A DNA stretch of 56,920 nucleotides from a virus. Lineage: Duplodnaviria; Caudoviricetes. Positions 1-9,399 of the stretch are shown in pieces; the first letter of the stretch is position 1; each line of letters opens with the position of its first letter. The notes below the pieces were generated by a model, which saw only the letters and a list, made by a program, of their open reading frames with translations, was not told the DNA's origin and did no database searches. The stretch spans positions 1-56,920 of IMG/VR virus record IMGVR_UViG_3300025120_014399. One strand, given 5' to 3'. The position numbers and the translations under genes are program-made.

Positions 1-1
1 A

Positions 2-373
2 AGAAAACACAAATACTTGTTTGAAAAATGGCTTGACACACCTAGGACATTTAATTCTTATATTGAAGATGATTTACATCACGAGGATATAACTCCAGAC
101 ATGTATATCAGCGGCATAAACGAGAAGTTTATCGATAATTCAATCACAGACTACATTCGTTTTGAAAGCATTAACAAAGACTATGATTTGTTAGCAAGCG
201 AAGTAATGCATGATCATCAAGAAATAAAACCGCTAGCTAGACTTAAAACAAATAAAAGAAAAATTAAAAAACACTATAGTTATTATTACAACAAAAATAT
301 CATAAAAAGAATTGAAAAATATTATCCAAAAACATTGGAAAAATTTAACTATTTGTTTAAAAAAAAGGACTAG
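2..373 (+). CDS. 5'-truncated protein, C-terminus resembling sulfotransferase family 2 proteins
   Basis: Frame open from window edge. DYIRFESINKDY...HYSYYY...IEKYYPKTLEKFNYLF resembles the typical C-terminal pattern of this family. Confidence 0.45.
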   Translation, partial: RKHKYLFEKWLDTPRTFNSYIEDDLHHEDITPDMYISGINEKFIDNSITDYIRFESINKDYDLLASEVMHDHQEIKPLARLKTNKRKIKKHYSYYYNKNIIKRIEKYYPKTLEKFNYLFKKKD

Positions 374-379
374 TTTAAC

Positions 380-715
380 ATGTCAAAAAAGAAAAAGAAT
401 CCTGTACGCGACGGTGGTACTGACTTACTCGACAAGGAAAAAGCAAAAAACAAAGTCAAGCCTCCGTCAAAATATCAAGTTGTCCTATACAATGATGATT
501 TTACCCCTATGGACTTGGTCGCTGCAATTCTTATAAAGATATTTAGAAAAAGCCAAGACTCAGCATGGGCTATTACCTTAGACGTGCACGAAAAAGGTAG
601 AGGAATTGCAGGAGGCCCGTATAGTAAAGAAATTGCAGAAATGAAAGCATCACAAGCAACTAATCTAGCAAGAACGTTAGGTTATCCGCTATTAGCAAAG
701 GAAGAAAAGGCTTAA
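380..715 (+). CDS. clpS: ATP-dependent Clp protease adaptor ClpS
   Basis: PPSKYQVVLYNDDFTPMD, VHEKGRGIAG, EIAE, GYPL signatures. Confidence 0.93.
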   Translation: MSKKKKNPVRDGGTDLLDKEKAKNKVKPPSKYQVVLYNDDFTPMDLVAAILIKIFRKSQDSAWAITLDVHEKGRGIAGGPYSKEIAEMKASQATNLARTLGYPLLAKEEKA

Positions 716-717
716 CA

Positions 718-1176
718 ATGAAAAAAGAATTACAAGAAAAATTATTTAAAAGCTATCCGGATTTATTTGTTCAAAAAGACTTATCTGTGCAAAAATCAGC
801 CATGTCTTGGGGAATATGTTGTGGTGACGGATGGTACGACATTATAGAATTGTTGTGTGCACATATACAGAACAGAATAGAAAACGTTAACAGACGTATT
901 GATTATAAATTAAAAGAAGACGGTCCTTCCCTTGTTCCATATAACCCGGGTTACTTAAAATGTGAGGTCACGCAAGTTAAAGAAAAATTTGGTGGACTAA
1001 GATTTTATGTTGATTGTAATGATGACTACATTGATGGGTTAATATCACTAGCTGAAGGAATGTCATATAAGACCTGTTCTGAGTGTGGAGAAAAATCTTC
1101 AAATCAAGTCAAACGAGGCTGGATATATACTTTGTGTAGCCCTTGTAGAAATAAAATGACAAATGAAAAAAAATAA
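718..1176 (+). CDS. conserved phage protein with C-terminal Cys motifs
   Basis: GDGWYDII, QVKEKFGGLRFY, CSECG...GWIYTLCSPC pattern common in large phages. Confidence 0.7.
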   Translation: MKKELQEKLFKSYPDLFVQKDLSVQKSAMSWGICCGDGWYDIIELLCAHIQNRIENVNRRIDYKLKEDGPSLVPYNPGYLKCEVTQVKEKFGGLRFYVDCNDDYIDGLISLAEGMSYKTCSECGEKSSNQVKRGWIYTLCSPCRNKMTNEKK

Positions 1177-1852
1177 AGACTGGGTAAGATTAATAATTTC
1201 TGACACACATATTGGTGCCGCATACTCAAAAGAGGCAGCATTACAAAAATTTTTAAAGTCTTCGGAGTATGATGAATTAATTTTAGCTGGTGATATTGTC
1301 GAGTTTTTAAGAAAGCCTGAATTTACTATTGACGCTTTTGATATCATAAAACACGTGTTAGACAATGATAAAAAAGTAGTGTATATTGTAGGCAACCATG
1401 ATGATGCACTAGACAAGTTTATCGGAAAAGAATTGTCAGGAGTTGAGTTTGTCAAAAGTTATGAGTTTGATTACGTTGGAAGAAAATATAGAATACAGCA
1501 TGGCGATCAGTATGATACCGGTCTGGTAAAATGGCGCTTTACAATTGAATTTATTTCTTTTATTCAAAATATGATAGAGCGGATATTCAAGATCGATCTA
1601 ACAACTTGGTGGGCAAATAGACAGCTTAAGAAAAGAAGTCTTAAAAGAATATGGGATCTAGTCAAGTGGAATGAAGATGCTGATGTTTTCATTATGGGAC
1701 ATACTCATAATCCAGAAGTACTTATATGGGTTGACAAGAATGAAAGAATAAAAACATATGTCAATACTGGAGACTGGGTTGATAACTGTACGTATGTTAT
1801 AATAAAAGACGGTCAAGTAAGATTAAGGAAATGGGATCACAAACTCGTGTAA
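1163..1852 (+). CDS. calcineurin-like metallophosphoesterase (LpxH / UDP-2,3-diacylglucosamine diphosphatase-like)
   Basis: ISDTHIG, GDIVE, GNHD, HGD, GHTH, NTGDW motifs. Confidence 0.8.
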   Translation: MKKNKDWVRLIISDTHIGAAYSKEAALQKFLKSSEYDELILAGDIVEFLRKPEFTIDAFDIIKHVLDNDKKVVYIVGNHDDALDKFIGKELSGVEFVKSYEFDYVGRKYRIQHGDQYDTGLVKWRFTIEFISFIQNMIERIFKIDLTTWWANRQLKKRSLKRIWDLVKWNEDADVFIMGHTHNPEVLIWVDKNERIKTYVNTGDWVDNCTYVIIKDGQVRLRKWDHKLV

Positions 1853-1875
1853 ACAGTTTTCTTTTATGATATAAT
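1848..1875 (+). promoter_or_regulatory. sigma70-like promoter TGTAAA-N16-TATAAT (also TGn extended -10) upstream of dnaE
   Basis: TGTAAA 1848-1853, TATAAT 1870-1875, AGGAG RBS before 1895. Confidence 0.6.
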
Positions 1876-1894
1876 AAAAATAAAAAGGAGCATT

Positions 1895-4800
1895 ATGAGT
1901 TTATTAATACCACCACCCACTAAGTTTGTTGGACTTCATGGTCACACAGGATTTTCGGTCTTTGACGGCTTAGGATATCCATCTGATCATATTGATTTCG
2001 TTCTAGAGAACGGTATGGATGCATGGGGTTTGACTGATCATGGAAACGGATCCGGTCTAGCACACGCACACAAGCATGCAACAAAAATACAAAAAAGCGG
2101 ACGCAAGTACAGACAAATATACGGTTGCGAGTTTTACTTTGTACCTTCGTTAAAAGACTGGAAAGGTGATTACGAACAAGCTAAAATTGACCGAATTGCT
2201 GCAAAGCAAAAAGCAATCAAGGAAGAAGGCGAAGGCGGTCACATTATTGAAAACGAAGAAGAAACAAAGACCTTTGACCTAGGCAAAGACGAATGGAAAC
2301 GACGATATCATCTGGTTATTACTGCACAAAATGCTGAAGGTTTACGCAACCTCTTTACTTTAATTAAACGTGGGTATACTGAAGGCTTCTATAGATACCC
2401 ACGTATTGACTTTGACCTGCTTAAAAAGCACGGGAAGGGTTTAAATGTTTCCACAGCATGTTTAGGTGGCATTTATTCGAATAGAATTATGCGAGGTAAT
2501 GCTTTAAAAATAGGCGACGAAAAGATACAACAACAATTACATTATCTTTCTGATAGATTTGTCGATGCTGTTGGTGAAGATAATTTCTATCTTGAATTAC
2601 AGTTTAACCGACTTAAGCAACAGCATCTTGTAAATCATCATTTACTTCGTCATTCTGATCAAACAGGATTACAGTGTATTTCAACTCCTGACTCTCATTA
2701 CTATGCTCAGGACAAATGGGAAGCCCGCGAGCTATACAAGAAACTTGGCTGGATGGGCAATAATCCTTCCCCTCTGCCAGAATTCGAAGACTTGAAATGC
2801 GAACTATATCCTAAAAACGCTCAACAAATGTGGGCTGAATTTACCAGGCATTATGATGAATACGAAGATACTTACAAAGGCTATGAAGAAAAAGTTAAAC
2901 AATCAATTGAAGTCACATACGACATTGCTTGGGAAAAGTGCGAGGATTGTTGGATTGATACTTCTGTTAAGCTTCCCGATTTCAATAAGCCTGACGCGAC
3001 TGCTTTTCAACAACTGGCAGAAAAGGTCAAGACAGCGCTTGTTAAAGAAGAACTGCATACAAATCAAGAATACGTCGACAGAGCAAAAGCAGAACTCGAA
3101 GACATTAAATTCCTAGGATTTGAAAACTACTTTTTAGTAATGAACGAAGTATTTCATAAAGCTGCTGATCATACGTTGTTTGGTGCAGCACGTGGCTCCG
3201 GCGGCGGATCCTTAGTCAACTTTCTTTTAGGTATAACACAGGTAGATCCGCTTAAGTATGATTTACTATGGGAACGTTTTTTAGGGCGACATCGAACATC
3301 ATGGCCAGATATTGATTCTGATGCTGGCGATCGTGATGCACTTATTAATGCAGCTCGTGAGTTGTATGGTAATGAAGCAGTTATTCCAGTAAGTAACTTT
3401 AATACTCTTAAGTTAAAGTCGTTAGTTAAAGATATCGCAAAGTTCTATAAAATAGATTTTACTGAAGTAAATAAGATGACCGGCCCACTTCAAGATGAGG
3501 TGATGTCGCAAGCACGTGATTCAAACACAGAGAAGTCTGTATTTGTCTTAAAGCACGAAGATTGTATGAAATATTCAAAAGGTTATGGCTCTTTTATGGA
3601 AAAATATCCAAAAGTAAAGGATCATATTGAAGCCTTGTTTATGCAAAACAGATCTGTAGGTCGTCATGCCGGCGGGGTTATTATTGGTCCTCCCAAAGCC
3701 TTAGAGCAATCAATGCCAATTATCGGTGTACGAGGCGAATTGCAAACTCCGTGGACAGAAGGTATGAACTTTCGCAATCTAGAAGACAACGGTTTTATTA
3801 AGTTTGACTTTTTAGGGTTAACACTGTTAAAAGATGTTGAAAACTGTATTAGGCGTATCATGACACGTGAAAACAGCAAAGAGCCGACGTTTTTAGAAAT
3901 CAGAGACTGGTTTGATGATCATCTTAATTGTCGATATGTCGAACAAGACGATCCAGAAGTGTGGAAGCATGTATATCATCAGCGTAGAAAAGTAGGAATA
4001 TTTCAGTTTACTGCCGAAGGTGCTCGGCGTTTTTGTGAAGATGCAAAACCAACAGCAATTATTGAGCTAGCAGCATTAACTGCAATCTATAGACCGGGGC
4101 CTCTTAAAGCAAATGTACATTTAAAATATGTTAAAGATAAAGCGCGTGCTGATGAAATTGTGTATGCGCATCCTATCATTAAGGATGTCTTAGGTCCTAC
4201 ATTTGGTCACGTTACTTTTCAAGAACAGTTCATGGTGCTAGCACAGAGGTTAGGTGGGTTTAGTCCGGCTGAGTCTGATAAGCTTCGAAAGACACTAGTT
4301 AAGAAGTCACTGGATACAATGGGTAAAAAAGGTGGTGAAAGAGAAGCTGCTAGACAAAAGTTTGTTAAGGGCGCAAAAGAAATAAATGATGTGCCTGAAC
4401 ATGTTTCGCAAGAATTGTGGGAACGTATTGAATTTTTCTCTGTATACGGATTTAATAAATCACATGCTGTTGCATATGCACTCGGATCTTACTATGCAGC
4501 ATGGCTTCATACATATCATGAAACAGATTGGTTATCAACAATTCTCGAGTCTGAAAACAACAATCCAAAAAATCTTTCAAAAGCAATATCTGAAATTAAA
4601 GCAATGGGCTATGAAATAAGCACCCATGATGTTAACGAGTCAGGTCTTAGCTGGAATTATTCGGAAAAGAAAAATGCATTTATTCCGCCTCTAAATTCAA
4701 TAAAAGGTCTAGGGATTAATGCAGTTAGAGAAATCATGGCAAATCGACCTTATAGTTCTTTAGACCAGATGCTGTATGATGATACAGGTAAGTGGTACCA

Positions 4801-5410
4801 CTCAAAACTTAATAAGACGGGTTTCGCTGCTCTTTGCAAAGTAGAGGCACTTGATGCACTTGAAGAAATGTGGAAAGGCGATATTAAAAATCATAGGCAG
4901 CTTCATGAAATTATAATTGAAAGCTATGACAAACTTAAAAAATCAAAGTTTGGAATGACGTTGCGTCAAGCAAAGAAATTAGACGCAGATCCATTACTTC
5001 CACTACTTATTGAAAGCACACAAGGCGCAAAAGACTGGTCGCGTGTCGAAAAACTTCAAATGTATCAAGATATGTGCTCAGCAACACGGGATGACCTAGC
5101 TTTTCCAGATGATTTAATGGATAAGATCAAGAACAGCAATGTCAAGTCAGTTCTTAAATTTGATCCACATGAAAAAGGTATTGGATGGTTTTGTGTTGTT
5201 GAGTGGATTAAGAAGATAACACGTAATAAAAAAGTATTTTATCGTGTTAAAATAACAGATGATGAAAGCAACACGGGATGGCTTAGAATATGGGGAGAAA
5301 TACCCGATACAATGCAGCCTTATACAATATGGTTAACAGAAACCAAAAACGATCCAAACTGGGGTTGCTCAACTAGTTCTAGAAAAGTAAGACCCTTGGT
5401 GGTGTCATGA
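1895..5410 (+). CDS. dnaE: DNA polymerase III alpha subunit (family C, DnaE type)
   Basis: PHP domain (HGHT..S..DG, TDHG, GCEFY), RGSGGGSLV, catalytic PDIDSD, RHAGG, KFDFLGL, YRPGP, YGFNKSHA, C-terminal OB-like region. Confidence 0.95.
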   Translation: MSLLIPPPTKFVGLHGHTGFSVFDGLGYPSDHIDFVLENGMDAWGLTDHGNGSGLAHAHKHATKIQKSGRKYRQIYGCEFYFVPSLKDWKGDYEQAKIDRIAAKQKAIKEEGEGGHIIENEEETKTFDLGKDEWKRRYHLVITAQNAEGLRNLFTLIKRGYTEGFYRYPRIDFDLLKKHGKGLNVSTACLGGIYSNRIMRGNALKIGDEKIQQQLHYLSDRFVDAVGEDNFYLELQFNRLKQQHLVNHHLLRHSDQTGLQCISTPDSHYYAQDKWEARELYKKLGWMGNNPSPLPEFEDLKCELYPKNAQQMWAEFTRHYDEYEDTYKGYEEKVKQSIEVTYDIAWEKCEDCWIDTSVKLPDFNKPDATAFQQLAEKVKTALVKEELHTNQEYVDRAKAELEDIKFLGFENYFLVMNEVFHKAADHTLFGAARGSGGGSLVNFLLGITQVDPLKYDLLWERFLGRHRTSWPDIDSDAGDRDALINAARELYGNEAVIPVSNFNTLKLKSLVKDIAKFYKIDFTEVNKMTGPLQDEVMSQARDSNTEKSVFVLKHEDCMKYSKGYGSFMEKYPKVKDHIEALFMQNRSVGRHAGGVIIGPPKALEQSMPIIGVRGELQTPWTEGMNFRNLEDNGFIKFDFLGLTLLKDVENCIRRIMTRENSKEPTFLEIRDWFDDHLNCRYVEQDDPEVWKHVYHQRRKVGIFQFTAEGARRFCEDAKPTAIIELAALTAIYRPGPLKANVHLKYVKDKARADEIVYAHPIIKDVLGPTFGHVTFQEQFMVLAQRLGGFSPAESDKLRKTLVKKSLDTMGKKGGEREAARQKFVKGAKEINDVPEHVSQELWERIEFFSVYGFNKSHAVAYALGSYYAAWLHTYHETDWLSTILESENNNPKNLSKAISEIKAMGYEISTHDVNESGLSWNYSEKKNAFIPPLNSIKGLGINAVREIMANRPYSSLDQMLYDDTGKWYHSKLNKTGFAALCKVEALDALEEMWKGDIKNHRQLHEIIIESYDKLKKSKFGMTLRQAKKLDADPLLPLLIESTQGAKDWSRVEKLQMYQDMCSATRDDLAFPDDLMDKIKNSNVKSVLKFDPHEKGIGWFCVVEWIKKITRNKKVFYRVKITDDESNTGWLRIWGEIPDTMQPYTIWLTETKNDPNWGCSTSSRKVRPLVVS

Positions 5411-5559
5411 AATTTGCTAGTATTGTAAGACATATAAAAACAGGAATGAAAGGCGTGGTAGTAAATATAAAAGAAGAGTACGCAGAAATAATATGGATGA
5501 AAGAAGGCATGTACAATTCCGAATTAGTTTGTATTAAAGAACTGAAGGAGATCAAATGA
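5407..5559 (+). CDS. small KOW/SH3-like protein (50 aa, not in ORF track)
   Basis: MKFASIVRHIKTGMKGVVVNIKEEYAEIIW...; ATGA overlaps on both sides. Confidence 0.6.
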   Translation: MKFASIVRHIKTGMKGVVVNIKEEYAEIIWMKEGMYNSELVCIKELKEIK

Positions 5560-5717
5560 AAGACGGAACAGTAATTGAATATTTCTCCCCATGGGAAAAG
5601 AAGATATATATAGGAATGGTAATAAAAAAAGCGTCAAGTGGTTGGTGGGTTCTGTGGGAAGATGGTACACACAAAATTTTACTTAAAAGACTGAAAAAAC
5701 ATACAAAAATCATATGA
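5556..5717 (+). CDS. small KOW/SH3-like protein (53 aa, not in ORF track)
   Basis: MKDGTVIEY...YIGMVIKK...WWVLWEDG; AAGGAG RBS; ATGA overlaps. Confidence 0.6.
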   Translation: MKDGTVIEYFSPWEKKIYIGMVIKKASSGWWVLWEDGTHKILLKRLKKHTKII

Positions 5718-5908
5718 AGCCAGGTGATCTAGTAAAGTGGACTTTTGCAAAAACTTCAGACACATATAATCCCAATAATAAATTTTACATTGGTATTCTT
5801 TTAGAGCCTGAAAAATTACCAAAAGGTTCATGGACAATACTTCTTCAAGACGGTGAAAGAGTACATGCAGACATAACAGAAATAGAACTAATTAGAGAAT
5901 GTAAATAG
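5714..5908 (+). CDS. small KOW/SH3-like protein
   Basis: MKPGDLVKW...YIGILL...WTILLQDG. Confidence 0.65.
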   Translation: MKPGDLVKWTFAKTSDTYNPNNKFYIGILLEPEKLPKGSWTILLQDGERVHADITEIELIRECK

Positions 5909-5927
5909 GAAATAAAGTGATTATAAT
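5900..5927 (+). promoter_or_regulatory. promoter TGTAAA-N16-TATAAT upstream of nucleotide-metabolism cluster
   Basis: TGTAAA 5900-5905, TATAAT 5922-5927. Confidence 0.6.
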
Positions 5928-5954
5928 AAAATGTTTGAAACAAAGAGGTGAAAT

Positions 5955-6863
5955 TTGATTAAAAGGCCGATCAATTATATTTTTCTAGAAGGCCCTGACC
6001 TGTCAGGAAAAACAACGATGTATGAAAAAATACATAAACATTCTAACTATAGGTGGAATATTCAAGATCGATCAGCCTTATCAATGCTAGTTCATGCAAA
6101 ATACTATGGAAGGGATACTTTTTCAGCAGTTGAGCAGTTAAGATCAGAAATTTATAATCTAAATAACATAATGATCATATTATTGCCTAAATGGGATGAG
6201 GTTGCCCGACGTTTTAACTTAAGAGGCGATCCAATACAAAACATTACATCATTAAAAAAGCTGTACGATTTGTTTACTGAAGCTGCAGAAGAATTATCTG
6301 CACTACCTAACGTAATAGTAATTAACGGCATCGCAGATGATTACATAGTTAGGTACACGTTGCGAAAATTAGCTGAATATGAAAACACATGCATAAAAGA
6401 CCTTCAAAAAAATTGTATGAATATGTGTTTAGGGCAAGACTCTAAAGAAGCGATTGGAATTAATTTTACTCTTTATGATGACGGTAAATTTGAAGGTATT
6501 GATAAAGATGATCTTTTGTATGAAAAAGAAGTTGAATATTATGACAATATCATCTTGGAAATAAAACAAAAAATAAAAAATGAACTAGCAGGTATCAATC
6601 AGTACAATAGAAAAGAAACTTATGAAAGCCGGCGCTTTATTTATAACTCTGACACGTGCATTTCTTTGGCTCACTTTTTATTAAGAAAGGATTCATTAGA
6701 CTGCAAGTTTTTTTTAAGATCTTCAAATGTCAAAGATACACTTTATTTTGATCTTAACTTTCTTAACCATATCGCCAGTATTGTATACAGTGAGTTAAAT
6801 GCTACAGGAAGATACTGCAAAATGAATTTTGTAATTAATTCCGGCCATGTAATCGAGGACTAA
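5955..6863 (+). CDS. dNMP kinase fused to a thymidylate-synthase-fold domain (dCMP hydroxymethylase-like)
   Basis: N-terminal EGPDLSGKTT P-loop and DRS motif; C-terminal SRR, Cys235, LRS 20 aa after the Cys, Asp266, NSGHV; TTG start with GAGGTG RBS. Confidence 0.7.
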   Translation: MIKRPINYIFLEGPDLSGKTTMYEKIHKHSNYRWNIQDRSALSMLVHAKYYGRDTFSAVEQLRSEIYNLNNIMIILLPKWDEVARRFNLRGDPIQNITSLKKLYDLFTEAAEELSALPNVIVINGIADDYIVRYTLRKLAEYENTCIKDLQKNCMNMCLGQDSKEAIGINFTLYDDGKFEGIDKDDLLYEKEVEYYDNIILEIKQKIKNELAGINQYNRKETYESRRFIYNSDTCISLAHFLLRKDSLDCKFFLRSSNVKDTLYFDLNFLNHIASIVYSELNATGRYCKMNFVINSGHVIED

Positions 6864-6865
6864 AG

Positions 6866-7318
6866 ATGATAAGAAATAAAAATGTATTTGAATGTATTTT
6901 CAAAGACGGAAAGATATGGTTCCCTAACTACGTTTTTTGGGGCCCGCCTAGTCATGGACATATGCGAAGATCAACGATTTTTAAGAAATTATTTCCAGAT
7001 GTAGTATCTAGTATTTCTACAAAAGAAACATGGGAAAATCTTAAAAAAAACAGCTGGAAAGACAGACGAGTTTTTAAGTACAATGAAGCTTCGGGTGTTT
7101 TAAAAGAAGTAGACTACAAAAAATTCTTTACAAATTCTTACGGCTTCATTGTTAAGGAAGGGCAAAGATTTAAAATCAGCACTGGAATTTACACAATAGA
7201 TCACTTAGAAGTAATCCGATATGCAGGATTAATTGCAACTTACAACAATAAAAAAGACATTAAAAAAACAAACGTAAGTTCAATGTCTTGGAATGAAAAA
7301 AATAACTATTGGGAGTAG
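6866..7318 (+). CDS. hypothetical protein
   Basis: ORF tightly packed between neighbours. Confidence 0.6.
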   Translation: MIRNKNVFECIFKDGKIWFPNYVFWGPPSHGHMRRSTIFKKLFPDVVSSISTKETWENLKKNSWKDRRVFKYNEASGVLKEVDYKKFFTNSYGFIVKEGQRFKISTGIYTIDHLEVIRYAGLIATYNNKKDIKKTNVSSMSWNEKNNYWE

Positions 7319-7320
7319 AA

Positions 7321-7737
7321 ATGAAAATTAAAATAAAAAAATTGAATAACAATGCAATCATACCCACATATGCAAAATCTGGTGACGCGGGCATGGATTT
7401 AACAGCAGCCTGGCAGAAAAAAGAGTTTGACTTGGTTACGTATGGAACAGGATTGGCTGTTGAGATTCCAACCGGATATGTAGGTCTTCTTTTTCCTCGA
7501 TCTTCTGTCTATAAGACTAAAATGTTTTTAACAAATTGTGTAGGAGTAATCGATTCCGGGTATAGAGGCGAAATAATGATGAAGTTTGAAATGATGGATT
7601 CTAATCATATGTACAAAGTGGGCGATAGAATAGGGCAGATTATTGTTCTGCCTTATCCTGAAATTGAATTTGAAGAAGTTGACAGCCTAGATAAGTCTGA
7701 TAGAGGCCTCGGCGGGTTTGGCAGTACCGGGACTTAA
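7321..7737 (+). CDS. dut: trimeric dUTPase
   Basis: GDAGMDL, PRSS, GVIDSGYRGEI, GDRIGQ, RGLGGFGSTG; ATG at 7321 follows GGGAG. Confidence 0.95.
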   Translation: MKIKIKKLNNNAIIPTYAKSGDAGMDLTAAWQKKEFDLVTYGTGLAVEIPTGYVGLLFPRSSVYKTKMFLTNCVGVIDSGYRGEIMMKFEMMDSNHMYKVGDRIGQIIVLPYPEIEFEEVDSLDKSDRGLGGFGSTGT

Positions 7738-7790
7738 ATTTTTTATAAAATCACATATTACAGATTATAATATAAAAAAATGGAGAAAAA

Positions 7791-8792
7791 ATGAAAAAAG
7801 CATTAGTAACAGGTGGCTGCGGATTTATTGGCAGTAATCTTACAAAAGAATTGGTAAATCAAGGATGGCAAGTTGACATTGTTGATGACATGTCAAATGG
7901 TCATCTAGAATTATTAGAAGGTTTAAAGACACGTGTTTTAATGAACGGATCTTTTTATAGCGCATATAGAATGCAAGACTTGGAAAGGGACCAGGATGAA
8001 GTCTTAATAATTCAAGATGATTTTGCCAACGATAACATTTTAAATGGTGTACATCAAGGTGTTTATGATGTTGTTTTTCACCAAGCAGCAATACCGCGGG
8101 TAAGCTACTCTGTTGAGCAACCTTATCACTCATCAAATGTTAACATTGCAAAAACAGTAAGGTTGTTTGAATCTGCCAGAGGCACAGTTGATCGAATTGT
8201 TTGGGCATCTTCATCATCTGTTTACGGTGGCGCTGATATTCTTCCTACAAAAGAGTATACAGCAAAAAACCCCAAATCTCCTTACGCCTGGCAAAAGTCT
8301 GCAATTGAAGATTTTGCAAAAATGTGTTGGGATCTTTATAAGTTAGATGTTATCTGCCTAAGATATTTTAATGTTTTCGGCCCAGGACAATATGGTGACA
8401 GTCCATATTCAACTGCAGTTTCTGCGTGGTGTCATGCAATAAAGCACGGGCTGGAGTGTAGATCAGACGGTGATGGCGAACAATCAAGAGATATGTGCTA
8501 TATTGACAATGTAGTATCAGCAAATATTTTAGCTGCTAATGCTGAGGGTTATTTTGCCGGCAAGCCTTATAATGTTGCATGCGGAGACAGAGTTACAAAT
8601 AATGAAATACTCGCCTATTTAAAAGAAAAATTTGGCAAAAAAGTCAAGGTAAGTAATGCACCCGAACGCCCGGGCGACGTTAAACACACCCAAGCAGACA
8701 TATCCAGTATTTCATCTGATATCGGTTATAGCGTACAAAAAAGATTTTGGCCTGGACTAGAAGAAACAATTAAGTGGTGGGAGATTAAATAA
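7791..8792 (+). CDS. NAD-dependent nucleotide-sugar 4-epimerase/dehydratase (extended SDR)
   Basis: TGGCGFIG, HQAA, SSSSVYG, YAWQK (YxxxK), LRYFNVFGP, RPGDVKH. Confidence 0.9.
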   Translation: MKKALVTGGCGFIGSNLTKELVNQGWQVDIVDDMSNGHLELLEGLKTRVLMNGSFYSAYRMQDLERDQDEVLIIQDDFANDNILNGVHQGVYDVVFHQAAIPRVSYSVEQPYHSSNVNIAKTVRLFESARGTVDRIVWASSSSVYGGADILPTKEYTAKNPKSPYAWQKSAIEDFAKMCWDLYKLDVICLRYFNVFGPGQYGDSPYSTAVSAWCHAIKHGLECRSDGDGEQSRDMCYIDNVVSANILAANAEGYFAGKPYNVACGDRVTNNEILAYLKEKFGKKVKVSNAPERPGDVKHTQADISSISSDIGYSVQKRFWPGLEETIKWWEIK

Positions 8793-9367
8793 TGAATCAA
8801 ACAAATTTTGTTCTGTATACCGGTCCGATGTTTAGTTCTAAAACAACTAAATTGCTAGAAAGGATCGATAGAAGTAAATATCAAAAAAAGAAAGCTGCAT
8901 CTTTTAAACCCCAAATAGATGATAGATACTCAGTTAGCAATCAAATAGTTACACATAATGATGATCATATACAGAGCTGCAGTGTCAACTCCGGGCAGCA
9001 CATATTAGAAATAGTTGCAGGAAATCAGCCTGTAGATATAATTGCAATAGATGAACTTTTTATGATTCCGGGAGGAGGCAAAGCATGTATTGAATTGTTT
9101 AAAAAAGGATATGATGTATATGTGTCTTCGATTGAGCTAAACTTTTTAGGCGAACCGTTTAATGAGGTAAGCGAAATTATGCCTTATTGTACACAAATAA
9201 TTAAATGTAAAGCTGTTTGTAGCATCTGTCAAGAAGACGCAAGATACACAGCAAGAAAAATTCAAAATAGCTTGTCAAATACAAGTGACGACAGTCAAAT
9301 TCAAGTTGGTGGGTCAGAATTGTACGAACCTAGATGCCAACTTCATCATAATTTTATGCGTTCTTAA
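8792..9367 (+). CDS. tdk: thymidine kinase (type II)
   Basis: GPMFSSKTT, DDRY, IDE, CSIC...VGGSELYEPRC. Confidence 0.9.
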   Translation: MNQTNFVLYTGPMFSSKTTKLLERIDRSKYQKKKAASFKPQIDDRYSVSNQIVTHNDDHIQSCSVNSGQHILEIVAGNQPVDIIAIDELFMIPGGGKACIELFKKGYDVYVSSIELNFLGEPFNEVSEIMPYCTQIIKCKAVCSICQEDARYTARKIQNSLSNTSDDSQIQVGGSELYEPRCQLHHNFMRS

Positions 9368-9399
9368 TATATAATAAGTTAACGTAATCAGGAGATAAT

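Noticed and set aside
1895-5410. Intein or intron in dnaE
   Set aside because: No C/S...HN-C/S/T splice motifs or LAGLIDADG blocks; the length fits an uninterrupted DnaE.
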